Notes: generated by a model not told the origin, from the letters alone. A stretch of 64,000 nucleotides of DNA from Candidatus Binatia bacterium (GCA_963664015.2 CAXXLF010000001.1:992001-1056000), one strand, 5' to 3'. Positions 49,322-59,344 are shown, numbered from the stretch's first letter. Numbers and translations: made by a program.

Positions 49322-50626
49322 ATGGATACCAAGTCGTTAAATAATCTAATAAAACCAAAAGACGGGCTGGTGAGCTCGCGGATTTTTACCGATCCTGAGA
49401 TTTATCGTCTCGAGCGGGAACGCATCTTTACCAGGACCTGGTTGTATGTGGCGCATGAATCGGAAATCCGCCAGCCCGGTGATTTTGTAAGTCGCTCCAT
49501 GGGAGAGGATTCGGTTATCGTATCGAGGGGGAGGGATGGTAACACTCGGGTTTTTCTGAATGTGTGCCGGCACCGTGGGCGAAAGATTTGCAGCGAAGAT
49601 CTCGGTAACACCTCAAAGTTTATTTGTGGTTACCATGGCTGGACCTACAACGAATTAGGGGAACTCACTGCGGTCCCTTTCTTCGATGCCTATCAGGGCA
49701 GATTGGACAAGAACAAGAACGGGCTTCACCAAGCCCGCGTCGATATCTATCACGGATTAATATTCGCGACCTGGGACACCGGGTTGGAGTCGTTGAGCGA
49801 TTATCTGGGTCCCATGAAGTGGATTCTGGATTTAGCCTTCGGTCGGACCGAGGGTACGGAAGTGGTTGGACCACCGATTCGATGGGTTGCGGATACCAAT
49901 TGGAAACTAGGCGCGGCCAATTTCACGGGAGACGGAGTTCATGTTCTGACGACTCATGGGTTTTCAACCCAACTCGGTCTGCATCAGTTGAAGGCTAGCG
50001 GCGGTCGTCCCGGGGGGTACGCCGTCGATCCAGGAAACGGGCACGGGGCCTCTCTCGTGTCACCGGCCTCAAAGGGTGAATACTACCTGGGTCTCCCTAA
50101 AGAGCTTTGGCCCGAACTGGAGCGAACTCTTACCAAGGAGCAGATTGGGATCATCAAACCCCTGATCATTCTGGCTGGCAATGTTTTCCCTAACCTGAGC
50201 TTCCTGCAAACCGCCGGTCATTCCCCCAAGGAGTGGGGCGGACCGGAAGGGATGCCGATCTCATTTTTAACGCTTCGTCAGTGGCAGCCCCTGGGGCCGG
50301 AATCGATGGAAGGTTTAACGTGGCTTTTTATGGATAAGAATACTCCTTCACAGTGGCGGGAGTATTCCAGGCAGTGCTATCAGCGGGTCTTTGGGGTTGC
50401 CGGAACATTTGAGCAGGACGACCTGGAGAACTGGGGGCAGATTACTCAGGGGCTCCGCGGTCCCATGGCCGGGAGACTCTGGCTTCACTACGAGCTTGGC
50501 CTCGATTTAAAACCCTCTAAAGAATGGCCCGGTCCGGGGACGGCTTATAGTGGTCAGCCGCCTTGGTTCGACCAGCTCGAGAGCCTGTTTTATGGGCACT
50601 GCGTGAAGCTTCTGATGCAGGAGTAA
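49322..50626 (+). CDS. aromatic ring-hydroxylating dioxygenase alpha subunit
   Basis: NVCRHRG...CGYHGW, NWKLGAANFTGDGVHVLTTH, FPNLS, FEQDDLENW. Confidence 0.93.
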   Translation: MDTKSLNNLIKPKDGLVSSRIFTDPEIYRLERERIFTRTWLYVAHESEIRQPGDFVSRSMGEDSVIVSRGRDGNTRVFLNVCRHRGRKICSEDLGNTSKFICGYHGWTYNELGELTAVPFFDAYQGRLDKNKNGLHQARVDIYHGLIFATWDTGLESLSDYLGPMKWILDLAFGRTEGTEVVGPPIRWVADTNWKLGAANFTGDGVHVLTTHGFSTQLGLHQLKASGGRPGGYAVDPGNGHGASLVSPASKGEYYLGLPKELWPELERTLTKEQIGIIKPLIILAGNVFPNLSFLQTAGHSPKEWGGPEGMPISFLTLRQWQPLGPESMEGLTWLFMDKNTPSQWREYSRQCYQRVFGVAGTFEQDDLENWGQITQGLRGPMAGRLWLHYELGLDLKPSKEWPGPGTAYSGQPPWFDQLESLFYGHCVKLLMQE

Positions 50627-50633
50627 TTTGGTG

Positions 50634-51152
50634 ATGGAGACCTCCGACTTAATTTTCCCCAGTGACGAGCGGTATTCGGAGGTCCTCTACTTTCTTTACC
50701 GCGAGGCGGAGCTTCTGGATAACCGTTGTTTTACCGAGTGGTTGGACCTGCTAGCGGAAGATATTCATTACCGGATGCCTGTGCCTATTACCAGAGGGCG
50801 TAATTTAGAGTACTCAGACGAGATGGATATTTTCTCGGACAATTTGGCTTCCCTCAAAGTTCGGGTGGATAAGCTCAGGACGGATTTTGCCTGGGCGGAT
50901 ACGCCTCCGTCACGGACCCGTCATATGATCAGCAACCTCCGCCTGAAAGTTACGGACAAACCCGACGAGCTTCAATCGATTAGCTCCGTTCTCGTCTACA
51001 GCAACCGGTTTTCCCAGCCGGATGCGGATCTCTTCTCCGCAGAGCGATTTGACCTGCTTAGGAGAGTCAACGGACAATGGCTTCTCGCACAGCGGACGGT
51101 TCATCTGGACCAGTCTGTCGTAGGAGCCAGGCACATAACGGTCTTCTTTTGA
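50634..51152 (+). CDS. aromatic ring-hydroxylating dioxygenase beta subunit
   Basis: FLYREAELLD..F.EWLDLL.EDIHYRMP, WADTPPSRTRHMISN. Confidence 0.92.
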   Translation: METSDLIFPSDERYSEVLYFLYREAELLDNRCFTEWLDLLAEDIHYRMPVPITRGRNLEYSDEMDIFSDNLASLKVRVDKLRTDFAWADTPPSRTRHMISNLRLKVTDKPDELQSISSVLVYSNRFSQPDADLFSAERFDLLRRVNGQWLLAQRTVHLDQSVVGARHITVFF

Positions 51153-51218
51153 CATCAATAACTTTGGCTATCAACGGTTTTAACTGAGTGCATATGCAGA
51201 AAAATGGAGGAAACAGAA

Positions 51219-52376
51219 ATGAAAAACACACTTGGTGATCAGGCGAGTCAGTGGGGTAAGGTCTTGTGGCGGAGTGTCTTTGTCATAATGTTAGGCGGGC
51301 TCTTGGCCGGCTCCCCCGGGGTGGCCCAGTCAAATTCAAAAACCGAATGGGCCAAGACCCTGAAAGCGGCCCAAAAGGAAGGCCACTTTGCTCTTATCCA
51401 TGGCGGTGGCGCTTCGAGCTCCATGCAGCGTTTATTCAAAGAGGAATTTCCCAAGCAGTTCCCCAAGATCAAAATAGAGTTGATCGTCGCCGGCGGTAGG
51501 AGCGTCGCGCCGCGGGTCCTGGCGGAACGAAGGGCGGGCAGATTCGGTTGGGATGTGTATATCGGGGGCACGACGACAGCGCTTCGGTTGCTGATGCCGG
51601 CCGGGGCATTTGATCCTGTGCGAAATGGGCTCATCCTCCCGGAGGTCATAGACCCCAGCAAGTGGTTCGGGGGTAAAATTGATTTTGCCGACGATGCAGA
51701 AACCTACAACCTGGCCTTCGGCGGTTATGTCATTCCGCCGTTCGCCTATAATACGAATACAGTCAAGGGAGACGAAATCCGGTCCTTTTGGGATATCCTC
51801 GATCCCAGGTGGCGCGGCAAGATCATCATGTTCGATCCCCGCCAGCCCGGCGCGGGTCTGGCGTCGGCCACATTTTCCTATATCCAACCGGCCCTGGGCA
51901 AGGAATTCCTGCGCCGGTTGTTCACCGAGCAGAAAGTTACCCTGGTGAGAAACTACCGCCAGCTCATTGAGGAAGTAGCTCGGGGAAACTTCCAGCTTGG
52001 GATTGGTGTCCACCAGGCTATCTTCAACGAACTCAAGTCCAAGGGACTGCCGCTGGGGAGATTTGCCGCCGACGACCTCAAGGAGGGCAGTTATCTTACC
52101 ACGGCAACAGCAAGCTTGGGGTTGATGAACCGTGCACCGCATCCCAACGCGGCGAGGGTATTTATAAACTGGTTTTTGAGCAAAGATGCCCAGCACAAGT
52201 ATAGTATAGCCTCCGGGTATTGGAGCCGTCGTGTAGATGTTCCGCAGGATCATCTTGACAAGGGTATTATCCCAAAGGCGGAAAAGTACGATTCCTACCA
52301 GGCCAACTACAAGGAAAAATACGTCAAGCGGCGCGACGAGATCGTTAAGTTTTTGCGGACGTTGATCAAGAGGTAA
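51219..52376 (+). CDS. ABC transporter substrate-binding protein (AfuA/FbpA-like class)
   Basis: Signal peptide, AYNT, SFWDILDPRWRGKI, RAPHPNAARVFINWFLS; GGAGG RBS at ATG 51219. Confidence 0.88.
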   Translation: MKNTLGDQASQWGKVLWRSVFVIMLGGLLAGSPGVAQSNSKTEWAKTLKAAQKEGHFALIHGGGASSSMQRLFKEEFPKQFPKIKIELIVAGGRSVAPRVLAERRAGRFGWDVYIGGTTTALRLLMPAGAFDPVRNGLILPEVIDPSKWFGGKIDFADDAETYNLAFGGYVIPPFAYNTNTVKGDEIRSFWDILDPRWRGKIIMFDPRQPGAGLASATFSYIQPALGKEFLRRLFTEQKVTLVRNYRQLIEEVARGNFQLGIGVHQAIFNELKSKGLPLGRFAADDLKEGSYLTTATASLGLMNRAPHPNAARVFINWFLSKDAQHKYSIASGYWSRRVDVPQDHLDKGIIPKAEKYDSYQANYKEKYVKRRDEIVKFLRTLIKR

Positions 52377-52409
52377 GCGATGTCGTTCCTAAGATGATCG
52401 AGAAAACGC

Positions 52410-52442
52410 CCGAGGCACTGGGGCTTGTTCCCAGTGCCTCGG
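52410..52442. other. 13-bp stem hairpin between SBP and permease genes (likely mRNA-stabilising or attenuating)
   Basis: CCGAGGCACTGGG-GCTTGTT-CCCAGTGCCTCGG; no U-tract. Confidence 0.6.
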
Positions 52443-52537
52443 TTCCGTAACAACAATCATAAAAATGGCATTCAACCATCGAGAGGATCTCGTCGGGGCA
52501 GGTCCTTCCCTCCCATCCGGCGGGCAGAGCTATTTTC

Positions 52538-54277
52538 ATGCCGTTCTCTGATCTTTCGGTAGGAAAGGCTACCTACAGACCGCTGCACCTGAATATTCGA
52601 GTTCTGCTCCTGAGCCTGACTTTGGGGGTAGTCTGTTTTCTGGTGCTCGCGCCTCTGATTTGGACCATCGTGAGCAGTGTTATCGTTTCCAAACCCTGGG
52701 AGCCTATAGTCTACGGCCTTGAAGGATGGCAGACCGCGTTCACGAGTCCGGGGATCGTTAATTCCATCTACAACACCTTTACCCTAGCTATCACACGCCA
52801 GTTCATTGCCCTTATCCTGGGCATAGTCCTGGCATGGCTCCTGGCGCGAACCGACATTCCCTTGAAGGGCTCGATGGAGTTCATGTTCTGGTTGTCTTTT
52901 TTCATGCCGGCGTTGCCGATTACCATGGGCTGGATTCTGGCCTTCGATCCAAAAGTCGGCCTCGTGAACAACTGGCTGGCCAGGCTCCCCTTCATCGATG
53001 GCCCCGTGTTTAATATCTATTCGTTCTGGGGCATCATTTGGGCTCATTTGACCGCGTCAACTCTCGGTGTCAAGGTCATGCTACTGACGCCCGCGTTCCG
53101 AAACATGGATTCGGCACTGGAGGAGGCCTCTCGCACGGCGGGAGGAAGCACGTGGACCACCTTTAGGCGCATCATTATCCCCGTCATGACCCCCGCTATT
53201 CTGGTCACCTCCATCCTCGGTTTGATCCGGGCTCTGGAGGCCTTCGAGATCGAACTGATCCTGGGATTTCGAGTCGGTATAGACGTGTACTCGACGAGAA
53301 TTCACAGCATGCTTGAATACGATCCCATGGGAGGCGTTGCCCCCGCCTCTGCCCTTAGCACCTTCTTCCTTTGTATCTTGCTTTTAATGGTGATTTTTAA
53401 CCGTACCTACATCAAGAGGAGGCAGTACACAACGGTTACCGGGCGTTATTCCAACCATCCTACACAGCTGGGCCGATGGAGGTATCCGATCTTCGCAGTG
53501 GTGCTCTTGATTGTATCGCTGATCACCTTCGTCCCGATTTTATTTCTGATCTTGGGGACTTTTATGACGGTTTTTGGCTTTTTTAACATTCCCCAGGTAT
53601 GGACACTGAGCCATTGGACCATGGTTTTGCAGGACGCCAGTTTCTTAAACGCGCTCATGAACACTTTTTTTATCGGGCTGGGAGCGGCGCTGGTGGGCGT
53701 TATTTTTTATTCGTTGATCGCTTACGTTATCGTCAAGAGCGATTTCAAGGGGAAACCGGTGCTGGATTTCATTTCCTGGTTGCCCTGGTCGATCCCTGGA
53801 ATCTTGTTGGGTTTTGGCTTGTTGTGGACGTTTCTCAATACGCCGGTCCTCAAGACGCTCCACGGGACAACGTATCTCATGATTATTGCGATTGTCATCA
53901 AGAGCATGCCCTTCGGGGTCCAGTTTATAAAAACTGCGATGCTTCAACTGAGCAGCGAATTGGAAGAGGCATCCAGAGTATGTGGGGGGTCATGGTTTGC
54001 GACCTATCTCCGTATCCTGTTTCCCCTGATGCTGCCCATGATTCTCGTCGTCGGGTTGTTGGTCTTCAACTCGGCGGCGCGAGATATCAGCACTTTGGTC
54101 CTCTTGGGGACGTCCAATGCGAGAACCCTATCTCTTCTGATGCTGGACTGGATAACCGGCGAGGCCTCCCCTGAAAAAGCCATGGCGGTAGGCGTGGTGA
54201 TCGTGGTGGTTGTAGTGTTTACTTCCCTAATGGCGCTGTTGCTCGGTGGGCGATGGATGGTTAAAGGTGGAGAGTAG
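52538..54277 (+). CDS. ABC transporter fused double permease (FbpB/AfuB-like)
   Basis: Two EAA motifs (LEEASRTAGG, LEEASRVCGG), LARTD, many TM helices. Confidence 0.9.
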   Translation: MPFSDLSVGKATYRPLHLNIRVLLLSLTLGVVCFLVLAPLIWTIVSSVIVSKPWEPIVYGLEGWQTAFTSPGIVNSIYNTFTLAITRQFIALILGIVLAWLLARTDIPLKGSMEFMFWLSFFMPALPITMGWILAFDPKVGLVNNWLARLPFIDGPVFNIYSFWGIIWAHLTASTLGVKVMLLTPAFRNMDSALEEASRTAGGSTWTTFRRIIIPVMTPAILVTSILGLIRALEAFEIELILGFRVGIDVYSTRIHSMLEYDPMGGVAPASALSTFFLCILLLMVIFNRTYIKRRQYTTVTGRYSNHPTQLGRWRYPIFAVVLLIVSLITFVPILFLILGTFMTVFGFFNIPQVWTLSHWTMVLQDASFLNALMNTFFIGLGAALVGVIFYSLIAYVIVKSDFKGKPVLDFISWLPWSIPGILLGFGLLWTFLNTPVLKTLHGTTYLMIIAIVIKSMPFGVQFIKTAMLQLSSELEEASRVCGGSWFATYLRILFPLMLPMILVVGLLVFNSAARDISTLVLLGTSNARTLSLLMLDWITGEASPEKAMAVGVVIVVVVVFTSLMALLLGGRWMVKGGE

Positions 54278-54354
54278 GCGCTGATAACTGACAGCTCTTC
54301 AATTTTGCTGAATTTCCCGCAATAGGCTTTCCCTAGTTTGAGGGGCTAGTGCCA

Positions 54355-55380
54355 GAGAAGGGGTCAAGTCTTTTGTTAACAGTTAGTGGATTGGCTTATG
54401 CCGTGGAATTCAATGGCACGGCCATCACGCATCGAATATCCCGAGGCAGTGTATCATATAATGAACCGCGGATCAGGTCGCCAGAAGGTGTTCTTGAGCA
54501 GGAGCGACTATCGGGGATTTCTGAAAACAGTATCGGAGGCACACGATCTGTGGGGGATAGAGGTATTGCATATTGTTTAATGCCAAATCATTACCACCTG
54601 GGTGTTAGGACTCCGCGAGGCAATCTATCCCGAGTGATGAGGCATGTAGACGGACTGTATACTCAGCGATTTAAGCCGGAGCCATAAGCGCGATGGATCC
54701 TTATTTCGTGGTCGATATAAAGCGATAGTGGTGGATGCGAATGAGTATTTGATGGCGGTGGTTCGGCATATCCACTTAAACCCGGTGGATGGACAATTGG
54801 CGAGGCAACCAGAAGAGTACCTGTGGAGTAGCCACAAGGATTACCTGGGAGGTTCGAGAGGTGAGCGGTGGCTAAAGAGGAGTGAGGTGTTGGATCATTT
54901 TGAGGGCCCATCGGACTTTCATGGCTTTGTACAATCGGGCAATGAGGAGGAGATTGAGAAGTTTTATGGTGGGAAAAAACGGAGCCCAGTGCTTGGGGGC
55001 GAAGGATTCCGGGGAAGAGTGATGAGGCGAATGCAGCCCATAGGGGCAGAGCATCCCCGCTATGAGCGGGTTTCGGTAAGGCCGTCAGCAGAGCGGGTGC
55101 TCAAGGTGGTAGCTCAGCAATACGGGAAGGCTGTCCAAGACCTGAAGAGTAGCCGAAGGGGAAAGGAAAATGAGGGAGGAGAGTGGCGATGTACCGAATG
55201 AAGCGGCTGTGTGACTTGACGTTGGGAGAAGTAGCTAGAGAGTTTGGAGTGAAGAGCTACGGAGCTGTGGGGTGGGCCTGCAATGGGATAAGCTCGAAGC
55301 GTCAGGCCAGCAATCAATTTCGCCGGCAAATTGAGTATATGGAGGCTACTATTTGTCAACAAAAGACTTAACCCCTTCTC
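54355..55380 (+). mobile_element. inverted-repeat-flanked HUH (Y1/RAYT-like) transposase element, 1026 bp
   Basis: 27-bp terminal IRs GAGAAGGGGTCAAGTCTTTTGTTAACA (54355-54381) and TGTCAACAAAAGACTTAACCCCTTCTC (55354-55380), 25/27 match. Confidence 0.82.
54413..55371 (+). pseudogene. Y1 HUH transposase with C-terminal DnaA-like HTH, at least three frameshifts
   Basis: MARPSRIEYPEAVYHIMNRG / AYCLMPNHYHL / GSLFRGRYKAIVVD..RHIHLNPV..WSSH / LTLGEVAREFG in different frames; expected catalytic Tyr of YIHLNP reads His. Confidence 0.88.
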
Positions 55381-55422
55381 CTCTCTTCCCGACCTCTTCT
55401 TTCTCCTCCTGTCTCTGTCTCT

Positions 55423-55722
55423 TCACCCAATCGATCGAGCCAGGTCATAGAGCGACTGGACCAGGAAGCGCTCGAGAAAGGTGATAGCGACAAAGACAAC
55501 GATTGGGGAGATGTCGATCCCCCCGGGGTAAAAAGGAATGGCTCGGCGCACCCGCTCGAGCACTGGCTCCGTCGCGTTGTATAGGAAACGAACGATGGGA
55601 TTGTATGGATCGGCATTGACCCAGGAAATAACCGCCCGAGCGATAATCACCCACATATAGAGTGTGAGCAAGAGGTTCAATACTGCAGCCACAGCCTCTA
55701 ATAGATTGGCAAATAGAACCAT
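55423..55722 (-). CDS. yggT: YggT family membrane protein
   Basis: ISWVNADPYNPIVRFL...TEPVL..VRR..P..GGIDISPI. Confidence 0.93.
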   Translation of the reverse strand: MVLFANLLEAVAAVLNLLLTLYMWVIIARAVISWVNADPYNPIVRFLYNATEPVLERVRRAIPFYPGGIDISPIVVFVAITFLERFLVQSLYDLARSIG

Positions 55723-55730
55723 CTCCCTCC

Positions 55731-56483
55731 CTACCCTTTCCTTGCTTCGAATATGGCCGTACCGACTCGTACGATCGTTGCCCCCTCTTCCACGGCCACC
55801 AGGTAGTCGTGAGTCATCCCCATAGAAAGCTCTTTGAGTTCTACATTGGGGATCCCTAGTTCCCCGAGCGACGCCTGTAACTCGCGCAGGCGCCGGAAGT
55901 AAGGACGGACCTCCTCCGGGTCCTGCCGCATTGGTGGGATGATCATGAGTCCCTCCACCCGTAGGTGCGACAATTCACCGACCTGTTGCAGCAAAAGCGG
56001 AACGTCCTGTTCGTCCACACCGCCCTTGCTCTCCTCTTTGGCCAAATTGACCTCGACAAAGACACGGACCGGGGATCCCTGCTTTTCCCCCTCGCGATCG
56101 AGCTCTACCGCTAACTCCAGGCGATCCAGCGACTCGATCAAGGAAAAGAGACGCGCCGCCTGCCTGGCCTTGTTCTTTTGCAGGTGGCCAATCATATGCC
56201 ACTCGACCGGCTCCTCAACGGCCTCGATCTTGGCCTTGGCTTCCTGCACGTAGTTCTCACCGAACAGGTGGATGCCGGCCGCAATTGCGGCCCGGATTTT
56301 TTGCTCGTCCTGCAACTTGGAGGCCGCAAGGAGCCGAACTTTAGAGGGGTCCCGCCCTTTCCCTTCTGCGGCCCGGCGAATGTTATCCAGGACCGTCCGG
56401 TAATTGGAGGCGATGGAATTTCGGATCTCCTGTTGATCAGTGCTCACAACCGATTCCATAGCATATTTCTTCAACCAATTCAT
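55731..56483 (-). CDS. yggS: PLP homeostasis protein YggS
   Basis: AASK, FGENYVQE, WHMIGHLQKNK, LSMGMTHD, GATIVRVGTAIF; start may be 56459. Confidence 0.93.
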   Translation of the reverse strand: MNWLKKYAMESVVSTDQQEIRNSIASNYRTVLDNIRRAAEGKGRDPSKVRLLAASKLQDEQKIRAAIAAGIHLFGENYVQEAKAKIEAVEEPVEWHMIGHLQKNKARQAARLFSLIESLDRLELAVELDREGEKQGSPVRVFVEVNLAKEESKGGVDEQDVPLLLQQVGELSHLRVEGLMIIPPMRQDPEEVRPYFRRLRELQASLGELGIPNVELKELSMGMTHDYLVAVEEGATIVRVGTAIFEARKG

Positions 56484-56537
56484 TGCATCTGGTTGAATTC
56501 ATGGGGGACCTTCGCTAAAATCTCAACAAAGATTACG

Positions 56538-58574
56538 ATGAAACTTCTGGTTGCTCTAGCATTGAGCCTTTTCTGGCTCACAGACCCGGCCTCTCTCCAC
56601 TCGCAGGCAGCGCAGCCTCACGGGAACTACGCGAAAGCCTACGACCTCTTCACTCAGGGTAAACTGCAAGAGGCAGAGGAGCTGTTTCGCAATTTCCTGG
56701 ACAAGGATCCGGTTCTTCAAGACTACACACTCTATTTTCTCGGAGCCATCGCCGCCTCCCAAGAGGACCAGGACAAGGCGCAGGTCTATTTCGCCCAGTT
56801 AAAAAGAGACTTTCCCCGTAGCGTCTGGCTAAACAACACTAACCTGTACCTGGCCAAGGCAGCTCTGAAACAGGACGAAAGCGAGCAGGCAATCGAGTTA
56901 CTCACGGCCCTGGGTTCGAGAGGCGTCAAAGAAGAGATCTACAAGGAAGCCCACTATCTGCTCGGCCGGGCCCAGAGTCTGGACAGGGATTTCAAACTAG
57001 CGCACTCCACTTTTCAGAAGCTGAGGAACACCTTTCCGTTCTCCTCCTGGGCCGTCAAGGCAAAGGTGGAGGTCCTTCGGATCAGAAAACTGTTCACCGA
57101 GCCTCTAGGCTTAAACCAACCCAAGGCCCTGTTGGAAGAGGGGAATATCCTGTTAAAGGAGGGGGACTCCAGGGAAGCGGAGAAGGTCTTTCGCCAGTTG
57201 ATCCACTCCCGCAAGGGCAAGAGCCTTTATCTCCCCTCGCTCAAGGGTCTAGCGCAAGTCTATCGAAGCACACGCCGGCGAAACCAAGAAATCAAGACCT
57301 TACGTAAGCTCGTGGCAGAATTTCCCGATCAAGCGGAGGCGTCGGACGCCGCCTACCGCATTGCCGAACTGTGCTGGAACCAGGGAAACAACACCAAGGC
57401 CCTCGAGGAATTCAAACGCTTTGAAAAACGCTATCCGCAGAGCAAGCTCCAGGACAAGGCGGCTATCGCTATGGGGCGCATTTACGAATCCCTGGGTGTC
57501 CCCAAGGAAGCGATGCGAGTCTTCCGAATGGTCCCCCAACGCTTCCCGGAAAGCCAGCTGCGCTGGGAGGCAACCTGGCGATTGGCCTGGATGCACTATC
57601 TCCGTACCGACTTCAAAGAGTCCTTCACCACCTTCGAAAGCATCGCAACTAGGCAGGCCCCGGATCACTTTAGAGCCGGCTCCCTTTATTGGCAGGCCCG
57701 CTCCACCGAACAACTGGGCAACTCGGAAGACGCCAAAGGCTTATACCGTCAGGTTCGTTCCACTTTCTCCGAAAGCTATTACAGGGGACCATCCGCCGAT
57801 GCATTGAAGCGACTGGGCGAGCCCCTCGATCAAGAAAAACCCCAGGAGAATCAGGACCTACCCGATCCAGAGGTAACGACTAATCCGGACCTTGTCTTTC
57901 ACCTCTCCCGCGCCCAAAAACTCGCCGATCTGTCCCTGCACCGGCTCGCGGTTGTGGAACTGGATGAAGTCCGAGACCAGGTCGGCAGGGATCGCACCTG
58001 GCACTTGATGCTGATGAGACAGTATGCACAGAATCGGGGTTTCGACCGCAGCATCAGGCTGGCCCTGCAGCTCAGCCATTCGTCACAGGAGCTAAGGCGG
58101 TTCCGTTACCCCCTGGCCTATTGGGAAACCATCCGCAGGGAAGCAATCAAACGGGGTGTGGATCCCTATTTAATCTTGGCCATGATTCGACAGGAGAGCC
58201 TTTTCGACTCGGAGGCGATCTCTCCAGCATCCGCCTTGGGCCTCATGCAGCTCCTGCCTTCCACGGCGAAAAAGGAAGCAGACCGCATGGGGCTCTCGGT
58301 AACGGAAGTCGAAAAGCTATTCGACCCGGATCTGAACCTGACATTGGGCATCCAACATCTCAAGGTGCTTTTTGATACGTATCCCGAGAGCGTTTCCAAG
58401 GCACTAGCCGCCTACAACGCCGGCAGGCGACCGGTCAATCGCTGGGGGAAAAGATTCGCTTCAATGGACGAACAAGAGTTTATTGAAAGAATCCCCTACC
58501 GAGAGACCCGATTCTACGTGAAGCTGGTCTTGCGCAATTACCGCATATACAAAGAACTCTACAACGGTCACTGA
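56538..58574 (+). CDS. TPR-containing soluble lytic transglycosylase (Slt70-like)
   Basis: Signal peptide MKLLVALALSLF, TPR repeats, IRQES, GLMQL, AAYNAG, IPYRETRFYV. Confidence 0.9.
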   Translation: MKLLVALALSLFWLTDPASLHSQAAQPHGNYAKAYDLFTQGKLQEAEELFRNFLDKDPVLQDYTLYFLGAIAASQEDQDKAQVYFAQLKRDFPRSVWLNNTNLYLAKAALKQDESEQAIELLTALGSRGVKEEIYKEAHYLLGRAQSLDRDFKLAHSTFQKLRNTFPFSSWAVKAKVEVLRIRKLFTEPLGLNQPKALLEEGNILLKEGDSREAEKVFRQLIHSRKGKSLYLPSLKGLAQVYRSTRRRNQEIKTLRKLVAEFPDQAEASDAAYRIAELCWNQGNNTKALEEFKRFEKRYPQSKLQDKAAIAMGRIYESLGVPKEAMRVFRMVPQRFPESQLRWEATWRLAWMHYLRTDFKESFTTFESIATRQAPDHFRAGSLYWQARSTEQLGNSEDAKGLYRQVRSTFSESYYRGPSADALKRLGEPLDQEKPQENQDLPDPEVTTNPDLVFHLSRAQKLADLSLHRLAVVELDEVRDQVGRDRTWHLMLMRQYAQNRGFDRSIRLALQLSHSSQELRRFRYPLAYWETIRREAIKRGVDPYLILAMIRQESLFDSEAISPASALGLMQLLPSTAKKEADRMGLSVTEVEKLFDPDLNLTLGIQHLKVLFDTYPESVSKALAAYNAGRRPVNRWGKRFASMDEQEFIERIPYRETRFYVKLVLRNYRIYKELYNGH

Positions 58575-59332
58575 TGAAAAAAACGGCCAGCCGCCGCTCT
58601 CCGATCATCGGGATCACTCCCGACATTACATCGCCTGGGGAAACATCCAAGTTTACCGACTCAACCCTATTTGTATCTCAACGAATTAGCAGCGCGGTGT
58701 TAAATGCGGGCGGTATTCCCCTGATTCTACCGTTGATCTCCTCGCGTCGTGCCCTCAAGGAAGCACTAGCACAACTGGACGGCGTTCTGGTAACAGGTGG
58801 AAATTTTGATATTCACCCGCATTACTATGGGGAAACACCCCGGAAAGGACTGGGCAAGCCTAAAGAAACGCGCACCCGGTTCGAACTGGAGCTGATCTCG
58901 CTGGCCCTCGAACATACACTCCCCGTCCTTGGGATCTGCGGTGGAGAGCAGGCTATCAATGTGGCCTTTGACGGCTCTCTCTACCAGGATATCGCCACAC
59001 AGGTCCCCACAGCCATGGAACATGAGCAAAAGGGTCCCAAAGAACACTGTGCTCACCCGGTAAGAATTGTCCCTGGCACCAGGCTCCATCGGATCGTGGG
59101 GCAGGATGCCTTGGACGTCAATACCACCCATCATCAGGCCGTCAACCGGTTCGGTAAGGGCTTAACAAGCAACGCCACCGCGGACGACGGCATTATCGAG
59201 GGCATCGAGAGCCTCGAGCACCCGTTTGTTTTGGGGGTTCAATGGCACCCGGAGTATCTGACCGGGGGAAATGCCCCGCAGAGGAAGATCTTCGCCTCTC
59301 TAATCGTCGCCTGCAAAGAAGCTCGGCCCTAG
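58574..59332 (+). CDS. gamma-glutamyl-gamma-aminobutyrate hydrolase family (peptidase C26, PuuD-like)
   Basis: IIGIT, DIHPHYYGE, LGICGG, HHQAV, GVQWHPE. Confidence 0.9.
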   Translation: MKKTASRRSPIIGITPDITSPGETSKFTDSTLFVSQRISSAVLNAGGIPLILPLISSRRALKEALAQLDGVLVTGGNFDIHPHYYGETPRKGLGKPKETRTRFELELISLALEHTLPVLGICGGEQAINVAFDGSLYQDIATQVPTAMEHEQKGPKEHCAHPVRIVPGTRLHRIVGQDALDVNTTHHQAVNRFGKGLTSNATADDGIIEGIESLEHPFVLGVQWHPEYLTGGNAPQRKIFASLIVACKEARP

Positions 59333-59344
59333 AATCACCACCTG

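Larger units (their letters stand above)
48262..54352. mobile_element. decayed genomic island integrated in tRNA-Leu
   Basis: Direct repeat CTAG(C/T)TTGAGGGGCTAGTGC at 48262-48281 and 54333-54352 (19/20; 15 bp perfect starting at the anticodon loop); integrase remnant at the tRNA end. Confidence 0.8.

Noticed and set aside
48873-49358. 161-aa minus-strand ORF in the island
   Set aside because: Crosses low-complexity heptamer repeats and overlaps two other features; no protein signature
56178-56537. 120-aa N-terminal extension of the Slt-TPR protein
   Set aside because: Antisense to yggS; the real signal peptide starts at ATG 56538
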